60,166 nt of DNA, taken from the NCBI GenBank assembly GCA_050287845.1, contig JBNKCR010000027.1, positions 1 to 60,166 of the forward strand, read 5' to 3'. The stretch comes from Polyangia bacterium. Lineage in GTDB: Bacteria > Myxococcota_A > Polyangia > JAAYKL01. Each line of letters opens with the position of its first letter. The first letter of the stretch is position 1. Under the pieces are notes generated by a model. That model had not been told where the DNA came from. It ran no database searches and saw nothing but the letters and a program-made list of their open reading frames with translations. Position numbers and translations under genes: made by a program. This document shows positions 40,712-50,034 of this stretch, one piece after another.

Positions 40712-40783
40712 CAGTAACGCCCGCTTCAGGGGCGCCGTGACCGCGCGCTCGCGCGGTTAGGTGTCCTCGTGCGGTTGTTATGT
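40712..40783 (-). other. attC site with damaged left arm
   Basis: ACATAAC...CCCCTGAAGCGGGC-GTTACTG; right arm shared with 43368-43444. Confidence 0.75.
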
Positions 40784-41292
40784 GCTTGCTCGAATAGCCT
40801 AAGTGCCTCAGCCTCATGATATTTTATGAACTTATCTTTTCCAGCACAATATCGCTCAATGTCGTTATTGCATGTCTTCGCTAATGCTGTTTTTAGATTT
40901 GCATATTCAATACGTATTTCTGCATGGGATTCCAGGTAGTCTCTAAAAACAATATGTCTAACGATATTTGGATCATTTTCTTGAAATGCATGAATTTGAT
41001 GTGTTCTGTTTGAACGACCTTTTCGATAATACCTACGCCCTTTAATTCCAAATTCACCCATTGATTCATAATCAAACTTTTCAAAAACATGAATTGAAGA
41101 ATCCAAGTCTGTCAAGCTTGATACCACCAATAAGATATCAATGATTGGTTTAGCTGCCAATCCTTTCACCGATGTACTGCCAATGTGATATACTTCATGA
41201 ATAACGTATGGAAGCGCATGAAGCAACATCTGCCTTTCCTTTTCAAATATTGTGGCCCACCCCGGATCATATGGAACAATTTCAATTTTCAT
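40726..41292 (-). CDS. GrpB-family protein (cassette gene)
   Basis: HIGSTSV.GLAAKPIIDI, RTHQIHAF, FRDYL, Y...K; reads into attC. Confidence 0.92.
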   Translation of the reverse strand: MKIEIVPYDPGWATIFEKERQMLLHALPYVIHEVYHIGSTSVKGLAAKPIIDILLVVSSLTDLDSSIHVFEKFDYESMGEFGIKGRRYYRKGRSNRTHQIHAFQENDPNIVRHIVFRDYLESHAEIRIEYANLKTALAKTCNNDIERYCAGKDKFIKYHEAEALRLFEQAHNNRTRTPNRASARSRRP

Positions 41293-41319
41293 GACAGCCT
41301 GTCATCCGTCTTATGATGC

Positions 41320-41394
41320 ACATAACGCTATGTTTCACGGGCGGCTGATCGCGCGTTAGCGCGGTCAGATGTCCCGTGCAAACATTTGTTATGC
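41320..41394 (-). other. attC site
   Basis: GCATAAC..GTTTGCAC...GTGAAAC..GTTATGT, with one extra base in L''. Confidence 0.88.
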
Positions 41395-41403
41395 CATGTG
41401 CCT

Positions 41404-41967
41404 TTATTGTTTTTGTCCACAAATTGTAGATTCTATTGTTGTTTTTGAAATACATTCTTTGCTACCACAAACAGCAATTTCAACGCCATTGACATTGCAT
41501 TCATCAAAACAATCAGATTCATTATCTCCACCGGAATCAAGGCTCGCGTTTCTACATCGAGCAACACATGCATCAATCCCCCTTGAACAACTACCAAATG
41601 CTTTTTCTATATCGTATGGCAAATATCCTATCAGAAATGCGCTTGGATATCCCAAATAGAATTTTGATTCTTCACATTTTATATTTACTGAATCGCAATC
41701 AACAGGGTTACACAATTTGAAGCTATCGCACCACATGATAGGGGGTGGGCATCCGGTTTGATTCCGTGCACACTCAATCCAATTCGCTACATCAAGTGTT
41801 TCTTCAGTATAACACTCTTCATGAAAAACGAATTCTGAATCAGTATCACAGTACAGGTTCTCCTGTATTTCAATCTTAACATCATCAATTATGTCCTGAT
41901 TCGATTCGGTGGCATGATTACAAGCCGTAACGATTAAAGCCAATTGTATGTATTTCAATAAATTCAT
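41404..41967 (-). CDS. cysteine-rich hypothetical lipoprotein (cassette gene)
   Basis: MNLLKYIQLALIVTAC lipobox; many Cys; ends 10 nt before attC. Confidence 0.75.
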   Translation of the reverse strand: MNLLKYIQLALIVTACNHATESNQDIIDDVKIEIQENLYCDTDSEFVFHEECYTEETLDVANWIECARNQTGCPPPIMWCDSFKLCNPVDCDSVNIKCEESKFYLGYPSAFLIGYLPYDIEKAFGSCSRGIDACVARCRNASLDSGGDNESDCFDECNVNGVEIAVCGSKECISKTTIESTICGQKQ

Positions 41968-41983
41968 TTCAGTTCAAGTGGTT

Positions 41984-42080
41984 CCGGGTAGATCAGGGGG
42001 GCTTACGTCCCCCGTCGCCCCCTAAGAACCGGACAAGATAGTTTCCCATCATCCGGCTCAAGCCCCTTTAAGCCTTCGTT
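41984..42080 (-). mobile_element. group II intron 3' fragment, copy 3 (domains V-VI only)
   Basis: intact D5 GAGCCGGATGATGGGAAACTATCTTGTCCGGTTC; similarity to copies 1 and 2 stops at the GTT of 42078-42080. Confidence 0.88.
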
Positions 42081-42192
42081 GAACAAAGCCGCTACGCGGC
42101 AGCTTGATTATCTGCTGATGGTAAGCGTTCATTTACAAAACGACAACAATATATTTTGATTGTTGAAAACCATTTTTCAAAGGAGATGCAAC

Positions 42193-42406
42193 ATGGCAAA
42201 AAAACGAATTATTCACCTGTTTTGAAACGCAATACCGGGAGCACCGCGACGCGCTTTTACGGCAGGGGATGAGCCCGGCCACTATTGAGGCTTACAGTCG
42301 GCCGGTACGTAGAATTTTCAGCGAAACAGGAAGGCTGCCCGGGGATCTGGATCATGGTGATCTGGAGAAGTATTTTACTCATCTTGTCAAGACTCATTCC
42401 TGGAGC
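42193..42406 (+). pseudogene. site-specific integrase N-terminal (SAM-like) fragment of the type paired with IS91-like transposases
   Basis: frameshift near the start, then FETQYREHRDALLRQGMSPATIEAYSRPVRR..LEKYFTHLVKTHSWS. Confidence 0.72.
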
Positions 42407-42583
42407 GGCGACCGGTTTGACTCCTTGCTGCAATCGCAGTAATTCGGCATCTTTACGCTTTCGTCCTCAGTCCCTCGGTCGATGTAGCTATGGCTACACC
42501 TCGGTCGGGCCTTGCGGGCGCGCAGAAAAGCTGTTCGTATTCCCGCGATTTCGCTGGCAGAACCAAACCGATCGCCGCTCTAG
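42400..42583. mobile_element. MITE-like element (~184 bp)
   Basis: terminal inverted repeats CTGGAGCGGCGACCGGTTTG / CAAACCGATCGCCGCTCTAG; internal hairpin TGTAGC-TATG-GCTACA. Confidence 0.72.
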
Positions 42584-42789
42584 AGCACTCTATGCGTCTT
42601 CCTTTTGCAATAAATTACCAGACACATCAGTCATCCCCTTTTGCACGCGGACAATCCAAAAAAATCACGACCAACCAGGCATTTATCCCGAACCAGAATC
42701 CTTCGAGACACCCTTTTCGCTCGACTTTTCAAAAAACACGCTCGAATATATTTCCTATTAATAAGAAGGGCCTACACCACAACGGGCTT

Positions 42790-42850
42790 GTTCAACAAAA
42801 CGATAAGGTCGCTGCGGCTGCGCCTCACGACCTATCTTTCATTGTTATGC
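42790..42850 (+). other. attC site in inverted orientation relative to the array
   Basis: GTTCAAC-AAAAC-GATAAGG...CCTATC-TTTCATT-GTTATGC; extra base and spacer lengths fit the plus strand. Confidence 0.7.
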
Positions 42851-42917
42851 GATTTTTGATGCACAATTGTATTGATTATTTTACTCCAAACAGCCATTTT
42901 TCATATTGAATATCGCA

Positions 42918-43226
42918 TCACCGGTGAAATATGATTGCGTAAACGATGAATGCTACACCTAGAAGATCCCAACCATTTCCTGAAATCTTATTTAATCTGG
43001 CATAACTTTCAATTTTAAATCCATGACCAACTTTGGTTTGCAAAGGATGGTTGATCCATTCACCTATACCAATACAAATCACTCCAATAGAAACTAACTG
43101 AACAAAAGTATTTGAGATACCTTTTGTATCTACGGTAAGCCCAAGAATAAGCGTTATCACTCCAATCACCGGTAACATCTTATACCAGTAATCAATTTTC
43201 AAATTTGACAATGGATTGTTTGTCAT
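42918..43226 (-). CDS. small membrane protein with 3 TM segments (cassette gene)
   Basis: three hydrophobic stretches; GIGEWINHP motif. Confidence 0.72.
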   Translation of the reverse strand: MTNNPLSNLKIDYWYKMLPVIGVITLILGLTVDTKGISNTFVQLVSIGVICIGIGEWINHPLQTKVGHGFKIESYARLNKISGNGWDLLGVAFIVYAIIFHR

Positions 43227-43367
43227 TCTTGTACAACTCCGTTGCGATGATAGTTCGTTGCGTGCACATATCAACTTTTTACTCTACTACCATGACACTC
43301 AACTACAATGCCGAGATTGACAATTCTGTACCAATGTTCACTTATGTTCGTATTTTTTTCTGCTTTC

Positions 43368-43444
43368 GCATAACGCTTCGCTTCAGGGGCGCCGTGACCG
43401 CGCGGTAGCGCGGTTATGGAGTCCCCTGGAAGCAATTGTTATGC
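43368..43444 (-). other. attC site
   Basis: GCATAAC-AATTG-CTTCCAG...CTGAAG-CGAAGC-GTTATGC; long imperfect palindrome. Confidence 0.9.
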
Positions 43445-43527
43445 ACTTTTTGGGTACTGTAAGCTGCTCAGCCTTTTCCTTGTTTTCAACAACATGTGAC
43501 TTCAAGTTGATATTCGTCAGCATCGTA

Positions 43528-44298
43528 TTAGTATTTTTCAAAATGTGCCGCGGCGTAACCATCGTCCCATTCACATTTTGGGCAAAGACCCGCATTCTCA
43601 TATTCTACATCAGAATAGAGATAGTCGGCCTTGCATCTTTTACACTCCAGCACATCCTCACGATGGCCGCATAGAACACAAACCTCTGATTCGATATCGA
43701 ATGTATTATTGTGACACATTGGACAATTTTGTATTGGTAGATTGGAGTCCCAAAGTGTATCCAGAATATATGCTCGTTGTACTTGATAGAATTCCGCAAA
43801 TTCATTTAATTTGGCCCAAGCAGGATCCTCTATACGTCTTGCTGCCCAATCCAAACCGACTTCATCAAGTGCAAATTTAAAGATGAAAACGAGAACATTC
43901 CCGATGACTACTTTCGCTTCTTTCTCACTAATTTTAAATTCATAATGCTCAATCTCATTTCGTTTTTCTCTGATCGTTTTTAAAGCCGCTTGGTCTTCAT
44001 CTTCAAATTCTATACCTCCAATTTTTTGCAGCCTCTGCAATGCTTTTGCAGCGCCAACAGTGTGGGCTGTTGATGAAGGATAATTGTCTATATCTGATAA
44101 AACAAATGCTGGATGTATCATCCGCAAGCGTTCCTTAAACAGCAATTCCGCTACATGAGAAAGATCGATGATTACTCGCTTGCAATCACCTATACATAAT
44201 TCCTGAGACTCGTTTAAATGAACAATGGCATGTTCAAGACTATCGAGCGCATTTTCAATTAGTGTAAACTGATGCATTTTCGTTCCTGTCATGTGCAT
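43528..44298 (-). CDS. hypothetical cassette protein: HEPN-like domain plus Zn-ribbon region (start may be 44277)
   Basis: ELLFKERL, RNEIEH (RxxxxH), four CxxC pairs. Confidence 0.7.
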   Translation of the reverse strand: MHMTGTKMHQFTLIENALDSLEHAIVHLNESQELCIGDCKRVIIDLSHVAELLFKERLRMIHPAFVLSDIDNYPSSTAHTVGAAKALQRLQKIGGIEFEDEDQAALKTIREKRNEIEHYEFKISEKEAKVVIGNVLVFIFKFALDEVGLDWAARRIEDPAWAKLNEFAEFYQVQRAYILDTLWDSNLPIQNCPMCHNNTFDIESEVCVLCGHREDVLECKRCKADYLYSDVEYENAGLCPKCEWDDGYAAAHFEKY

Positions 44299-44330
44299 AA
44301 CAGCGTTTACAAGACGCTTCGCATAAAAGA
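44295..44330 (-). other. candidate attI / first-cassette crossover site
   Basis: GCGTCTTGTAAACGCT-GTTATGC without an attC palindrome; GTTATGC is complementary to the GCATAAC closing this cassette. Confidence 0.5.
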
Positions 44331-44566
44331 TTTCACGACTTATTATGATAACCGCCGATCATCAGCGTTATTGAACGTATCAAATACCGCCTGAAAACTT
44401 TGTACTTAATTTTAACTGTTTTTAGCCGTAGTCAAATTCTGAAAGCTGTCGTTTTAAAATTTTTTGCAGTGATGTCATTGTCATGTCAAATTGTGCCATA
44501 TGGCGTTTTGTTGAGCCAGCAGGACACGTCCCCGTCAGGACATCAGAACGACATCCCCCTTGCCCT

Positions 44567-44617
44567 TCGTCGAGGGGAAAAATACATTGCCGACAACGGT
44601 GCTTTCAGATTTGCGAT
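44567..44617. repeat. dispersed ~52-bp repeat, copy B
   Basis: aligned by hand with 26573-26624. Confidence 0.8.
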
Positions 44618-44707
44618 CAATGATCAGGGATGACCGGCGGGTACACCTACCAGGCAGTGGCTCACGATACCCGTGGCGATGTCCGCTGGGAATACTTCAA
44701 CGCTTTT

Positions 44708-46900
44708 TTATAGCGTTGCTCGCATGCCCGCCATGAATACAAGCCCAGGCATCGGGTAGCCGTATTCTTCGGACCATGACTGATTGAGAAGATTGTCCAC
44801 AGATGCTTCTACGCGGACGTTTCTTTTCGTCTTCTCCTGTTGGATAATTGGGTAACTGGCGTTGATGTCGATTTTCCAGAAAGAACCCATCCGTTCCATA
44901 CGACTGCTGCCGGGGACAGCTAAATCCCCGAGGATCGCATGGCGCAACCCGACAAAACGTATGGCCAATTGGGCCTGTAATCCGTCCCTGTCATCATACC
45001 CGAATCCAAAATTGAATTTATGTCTGGGTAATTCCACCAATTCATCCGAAAGGGCATTGCTGTTATCCAGCACATCCCCAACCTTTCTGGTCGCCTGAAA
45101 TGTATAGTTGGCCCAGGTATACAGCTGGTGAGGCAATGCGTAAGTGCCTTCCAACTCAACACCCGCAAAATGAACCTTATCGATATTGTAGATAACCCGG
45201 CTGGGTCGATATCCAAAAATGGTTCGAATATAGTCATTGACAGCATAATAATATCCCCTTGCAATCACCGCTGTCTTGTCGGTAAAGGCGTGTTTCACCT
45301 CCATTTCAACCTGATGTGCGTTCTCTGCTGTGAGATCTTTTCGCTCCTCTGGCTGGTATCCACTGAACCACCAGTAGTACTCAGGCAAACCCGGGAAACG
45401 TGTGGCGTAGCGATAACGCGCGTTGATCTGACCGCCGCGCCAGGTGCGCACCGAGATTGCTCCACGAGGTCCCAATGCATTCTCTTTGGCTACCTCTGTC
45501 TCTTCGGGCGGCCCATCTGCGTGCCACATATCGAACCGCAATCCCAGTTCGAGGGTCAAACGCCTGTGAATTTTCCAGAAATCCTGCAGATACAATCCGT
45601 GCAGCATGGACACTGTGGTCTTTCCCCGTGAGTCCTGAGGAATTGCCCTGGCCGAAAAAAAGGCTTCGTCCACATGTTCAACAGTGATATCCCCATAGCC
45701 CAGATAAGTGCCTCCGCCGCCGTATTCCACTGTGTGCGACCCGACAAAATCAAAAGTGTTTCGAAAATCGAATTGCCATCCCCAATTGTGTTTCTCAGGT
45801 GCAGCTTCCCGTCTCAGAATAAGATGGCGGTTATCCTCAATTGCATAAAAGCGATCCTTTCTGCGCTGTTCCATGAGCCATGCGCTGACGTCCATGTCAA
45901 ATGCCTCTGTTTTTCTGGACAGAGCGACATCAAAGTGGCCGCGATGATCTCTTATATCTGTCCCATCTCCCCAATCCAGGGGACCCCAGTTTTCCGCGCC
46001 GTGGTTCAGGAAATTCACCCCGGGACCACCGAGCCGCGCCTCTATTGAATCTGGCAGGCGAGAATCGTAATAAGGACTGTCCGGCATGTTGTACACAGCC
46101 ATTCCTGACTTGCTGTATGAGTAACGCGCGTTTGTGCTCAGCTTAAAATGTTGGGGCAGTAAAAAAGTCAGACCGCCTCCCACCGATTCATTCTGGGCAA
46201 ACCCATTCCGTAAGTGGCCGTCGGTCTCAAAGTGTCTCGCATAAACGTTGAACAGAATTGGACCAGCGCCCCACGACTGAGACCATTGAGCGCTCCATGT
46301 ACCATAGCTGCCGCCGGACATGCGCAAAAATCCGTGAAAATCCTTTGTGCCTTCCCGGGTAATGATGTTGAGAACGCCTCCCAGATTGTTGCCGTATTTT
46401 ACGGGTGCAGCACCGCGATACAATTCAAGACGTTCAACGTTTTCCAGTGAAAGAGATGTCCAGTCCACATAATATCCACCGTAAACACCTGCACCATTCA
46501 GTTTTCGCCCGTTCAACAGAATGAGCAATCGGCTTTCATCCATGCCTCTCAATCTGATTCTGCTGTTCTGACTCCCGCCTGCATCGCGACGATTGAAGTC
46601 CACCCCCGCAGTGTGTTCAAGCAGTCCATCGACCGAAGGGGTTGAAAGAGTACTCCGAATGTCCTCTTCTTCAATAACGGTCTGCACTGTCGACGCATTA
46701 TCTGCCCTTGCCCGTACGACAATCTCAAATTCTTCAAGGGGCGGCGCGGCATCTTCTGAATGAGCGACCTCATCTGTTGAAGCGTTTGTCCGGTCACTGT
46801 CAACAGCGACATCATTATCAGTGGAAGCAATTGAAATGTCACATGCAAAAAAAAACAGTAGCAGCGAACAGGCACGAATTGTTTCAGATTTGAACTTCAA
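44708..46900 (-). CDS. TonB-dependent receptor
   Basis: EIVVRA TonB-box-like segment, IRLRG..LILLNG, VERLELYRG..YG..GGVLNIIT plug; VDNLLN near the C-terminus. Confidence 0.92.
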   Translation of the reverse strand: MKFKSETIRACSLLLFFFACDISIASTDNDVAVDSDRTNASTDEVAHSEDAAPPLEEFEIVVRARADNASTVQTVIEEEDIRSTLSTPSVDGLLEHTAGVDFNRRDAGGSQNSRIRLRGMDESRLLILLNGRKLNGAGVYGGYYVDWTSLSLENVERLELYRGAAPVKYGNNLGGVLNIITREGTKDFHGFLRMSGGSYGTWSAQWSQSWGAGPILFNVYARHFETDGHLRNGFAQNESVGGGLTFLLPQHFKLSTNARYSYSKSGMAVYNMPDSPYYDSRLPDSIEARLGGPGVNFLNHGAENWGPLDWGDGTDIRDHRGHFDVALSRKTEAFDMDVSAWLMEQRRKDRFYAIEDNRHLILRREAAPEKHNWGWQFDFRNTFDFVGSHTVEYGGGGTYLGYGDITVEHVDEAFFSARAIPQDSRGKTTVSMLHGLYLQDFWKIHRRLTLELGLRFDMWHADGPPEETEVAKENALGPRGAISVRTWRGGQINARYRYATRFPGLPEYYWWFSGYQPEERKDLTAENAHQVEMEVKHAFTDKTAVIARGYYYAVNDYIRTIFGYRPSRVIYNIDKVHFAGVELEGTYALPHQLYTWANYTFQATRKVGDVLDNSNALSDELVELPRHKFNFGFGYDDRDGLQAQLAIRFVGLRHAILGDLAVPGSSRMERMGSFWKIDINASYPIIQQEKTKRNVRVEASVDNLLNQSWSEEYGYPMPGLVFMAGMRATL

Positions 46901-46982
46901 AATAGTACTCCCTGGTAAGCCATACGCATCCGAATCATTATCGAATAATAAAAAGTAGGCGGTTTTGAAATCTCATGTTATG

Positions 46983-47009
46983 GTGCTACGATTTCAAAAT
47001 TCGTAATAC
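46983..47009. promoter_or_regulatory. NikR-like operator
   Basis: GTGCTAC-N13-GTAATAC between the divergent TonB and ABC genes. Confidence 0.6.
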
Positions 47010-47024
47010 TCAGGATGTGTAAGA

Positions 47025-48197
47025 ATGTCAAATAATCAAATCCTCATACTCATACTCTTTTGCTTCTCCGTTTTGTGTTCATGCCAGAATCGGCGCATAG
47101 AGAATACGGACTCGCACAACACCGTTGTTGCCGGGAACGTCAGTGTTGCCGATGGAATTACCGTTACGGATTCCAGTGGCAGAAAAGTGGCGATTTCTGG
47201 AAATCCAGAGCATGTGATTTGTTCGGGGGCGGGTTGTTTGAGATACCTGACGTACCTGCAATGCAGCGACAGAATTGTTGCGGTCGACAGCATCGAAGTG
47301 GAATCACGGTGGTATGAGTCGCGGCCATACCAGCTTGCCAATCCCCAATACAGGAAGAAGCCGGTTTTTGGTGAATTCAGAGGTCAGGACAACCCGGAAC
47401 TCATTGCCATGCTGAACCCGCAACCCCAGGTGATATTCAAGACGTACGCGGATACCGGCTATGATGCGGACGATCTGTACCGGAGAACCGGAATTCCAGT
47501 GGTGACCCTCGCCTATGGAGACTTGACTCAAAACAGGAATGAGATGTTTGATTCATTGAGAATCATTGGGAAAATAATGGGCAAGGAACAACGGGCGTCT
47601 GAAGTGATTGGCTTCTTTGAAAAGGCGATACAGGACCTCAACGAACGAACTGCCCCAGTGCCCGGGGATAAAAGGCCATCCTGCTATGTGGGCGGTGTGG
47701 CATTCAAAGGCGCTCAGGGAATTAAATCCACACAACCCGATTATCCGCCGTTCCGGTTTACCAATACGCCCAATGCTGTGGCGCTCGAAGAAGATACCAT
47801 GTTTAAAAATTCCGTGGCGGTCATTTCACCGGAGAACCTGATATCGTGGAATCCCGATTACATATTCATAGATCTTTCCACGTTACACGCCGATGCAAAA
47901 ATCAACGCGCTTTACCAGTTAAAGAACAAACCGGAATACCGCGGACTGAAGGCAGTCCAGAACGGCGCCCTCTATGGTCTTTTTCCCTATAACTTTTACG
48001 CGACCAATTACGGCTCGGTATTGGCCAACTGCTATTATGCCGGAAAGCTTCTCTATCCCGAACATTTCACGGACATTTCAGTGAAAGAGAAGGCCAATGA
48101 AATATTTGAGTTTCTGGTGGGCAAACCGGTTTTTGACGATTTGGCCAGACCGTTCAATTCATTGGCCTTTAATAAAATCGATTTGAATCATTTATAA
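47025..48197 (+). CDS. Fe/B12-type ABC transporter substrate-binding lipoprotein
   Basis: lipobox LCSC; VTDSSGRKV, NPELI..LNP, WNPDYIFID, KLLYPEHF. Confidence 0.9.
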   Translation: MSNNQILILILFCFSVLCSCQNRRIENTDSHNTVVAGNVSVADGITVTDSSGRKVAISGNPEHVICSGAGCLRYLTYLQCSDRIVAVDSIEVESRWYESRPYQLANPQYRKKPVFGEFRGQDNPELIAMLNPQPQVIFKTYADTGYDADDLYRRTGIPVVTLAYGDLTQNRNEMFDSLRIIGKIMGKEQRASEVIGFFEKAIQDLNERTAPVPGDKRPSCYVGGVAFKGAQGIKSTQPDYPPFRFTNTPNAVALEEDTMFKNSVAVISPENLISWNPDYIFIDLSTLHADAKINALYQLKNKPEYRGLKAVQNGALYGLFPYNFYATNYGSVLANCYYAGKLLYPEHFTDISVKEKANEIFEFLVGKPVFDDLARPFNSLAFNKIDLNHL

Positions 48198-48199
48198 AA

Positions 48200-49249
48200 A
48201 TGAATCTGAACCAACGCTATAAAAAATATCGCAGGAAAAAGCGGACGACCGTCATTCTGCTGATGGGGCTGATTGCTGTCTCGTTAATCGCCGGTCTGTC
48301 CATCGGTGCTGCGAAGATTTCACCGTTGGACGTCATCCGTATACTTTCGGGGCAATCCGTATCGGACAAATGGGAACTGATCATCGTTAACATCCGATTG
48401 CCGCAGGCGGTTGCCGCGATTGTCGCGGGGATAGGTCTCGCGATTGCAGGGGTATCGATGCAGGCAGTTTTAAATAACCCGCTGGGTTCCCCTTTCACAT
48501 TGGGCATATCCCATGCCGCTGCCTTCGGCGCGGCTTTATCTGTGGTAATGTTGGGTACGGGCGGCGTCCAGCGAACCGAAACAGTGGAGATTACGGGACA
48601 TTATGTAACAACGGGGTTTGCGTTTGTTTTCTGTGTCATTGAAGCAGCGGTCATCCTGTGTATTGCCAGAATAAAAAAAACATCTCCGGAAGTGATGGTG
48701 TTGGCCGGGATTGCAATGGGCTCTCTGTTTTTTGCCGGAACCATGTTTCTTCAGTATTTCGCTGATGATGTTCAGCTGGCCGCAATGGTGTTCTGGACTT
48801 TTGGTGATTTGAGCCGGGCAAACTGGAAGGAGATTTCCATTATGTCCGCTGCCACAGCGTTTGGCTTCGCGTACTTTCAGTATAACAGCTGGAACTACAA
48901 TGTGCTCTCATCCGGAGAAGAGTCTGCCAGAAGTATGGGCATCCGCGTCGGCATGGTGAGAGTTGGTGGATTAACGGTATCGGTTATGTTAACCGCTGTC
49001 ATCATTTCAATTTTAGGCATCATCGGATTCGTGGGGCTGATTTGCCCACATATGATGAGGCGAATGGTTGGAGATGACCACCGATTTTTAATCCCGGCAT
49101 CGGCGTTCACCGGGGCAATTCTGTTGCTTGTGTCAGACACCGTGGCACGGGTTATTCTGTTGCCGCATATCTTACCGGTGGCTGTGCTCACTTCTTTTCT
49201 GGGCGCGCCTGTTTTTGTCTATCTCCTCATAAGGGGACATAACAGATGA
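48200..49249 (+). CDS. FecCD/BtuC-family ABC permease
   Basis: IRLPQ, NPLGSPFTLGIS, GEESARSMG, GIIGFVGLICPH, LGAPVF. Confidence 0.93.
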   Translation: MNLNQRYKKYRRKKRTTVILLMGLIAVSLIAGLSIGAAKISPLDVIRILSGQSVSDKWELIIVNIRLPQAVAAIVAGIGLAIAGVSMQAVLNNPLGSPFTLGISHAAAFGAALSVVMLGTGGVQRTETVEITGHYVTTGFAFVFCVIEAAVILCIARIKKTSPEVMVLAGIAMGSLFFAGTMFLQYFADDVQLAAMVFWTFGDLSRANWKEISIMSAATAFGFAYFQYNSWNYNVLSSGEESARSMGIRVGMVRVGGLTVSVMLTAVIISILGIIGFVGLICPHMMRRMVGDDHRFLIPASAFTGAILLLVSDTVARVILLPHILPVAVLTSFLGAPVFVYLLIRGHNR

Positions 49250-50034
49250 AACTGATAATCGATAATCTGAGTTTTGCCTATAAAAGCAAGGCCGTGCTTG
49301 ACGACATTTCCTTCAGAGTTGAGAAAAAAGAGCTGTTGTCCATATTGGGGCCAAATGGCGTTGGCAAAACGACCCTGCTGAAATGTATTAACAGAGTTCT
49401 CAAGGCAAAGAAGGGGACCGTATTTGTCGGGACACATAATCTCTTTGAAATGTCCGCCTTTGAAATCGCAAAAAATGTCAGTTACGTCCCGCAGCATTCA
49501 AATCCGTCCAGACTGACCGCATACGACGCGATTCTGATGGGACGAAGACCATATATTAAATGGCACGTCGCACAGCGAGACTACGACATGATAGAAAACA
49601 TTTTACGGCGACTTGATATGGGCAGACTTGCCTTGCGATACATCGATGAAATGTCCGGCGGTGAGCTTCAGAAAGTGTGTATTGCGCGGGCGCTGGTTCA
49701 GGACCCTGACGTCATTTTAATGGATGAGCCAACGGCCAGCCTCGATTTGCGAAACCAGCTGGAGATACTGTCTCTTATAAGAGAATTTGTTGAACGAGAC
49801 GACATTATCACGGTGATGAGTATTCACGATATTAATACGGCGCTGCGATTTTCTGAAAAATTGCTGTTTGTAAAGGACGGCAGGATCCATTCCGCTATCG
49901 CACCATCACAGATAGAGGAAAAAATAATAGAAGACGTTTACGGTGTCAGAGTGAAAATCCAGGAAATTCACAATTGTCCGGTGGTTTTCCCTCTTGAATC
50001 GATTACCAGGGAGAAATCAAATGGTGGAAATTAA
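49246..50034 (+). CDS. ABC transporter ATP-binding protein
   Basis: GPNGVGKTT, MSGGELQ, LMDEPT, IHD. Confidence 0.95.
   Translation: MKLIIDNLSFAYKSKAVLDDISFRVEKKELLSILGPNGVGKTTLLKCINRVLKAKKGTVFVGTHNLFEMSAFEIAKNVSYVPQHSNPSRLTAYDAILMGRRPYIKWHVAQRDYDMIENILRRLDMGRLALRYIDEMSGGELQKVCIARALVQDPDVILMDEPTASLDLRNQLEILSLIREFVERDDIITVMSIHDINTALRFSEKLLFVKDGRIHSAIAPSQIEEKIIEDVYGVRVKIQEIHNCPVVFPLESITREKSNGGN

Larger units (their letters stand above)
42078..42796 (+). mobile_element. internally deleted element carrying a tyrosine-recombinase N-terminal remnant
   Basis: ends GTTGAACAAAGCC and GGCTTGTTCAAC (imperfect inverted repeat); encodes the recombinase fragment listed next. Confidence 0.65.

Noticed and set aside
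38612..42080. Complete, active group II intron
   Set aside because: No RT domains or domains I-III; copies 1 and 2 have GCGCCG instead of GAGCCG at the D5 triad
42193..42406. The integron integrase intI
   Set aside because: Only an N-terminal fragment of a different recombinase type, lacking the catalytic domain and lying inside the array
46901..47024. Cobalamin riboswitch upstream of the TonB/ABC genes
   Set aside because: The intergenic region is only 124 nt and lacks B12-box motifs
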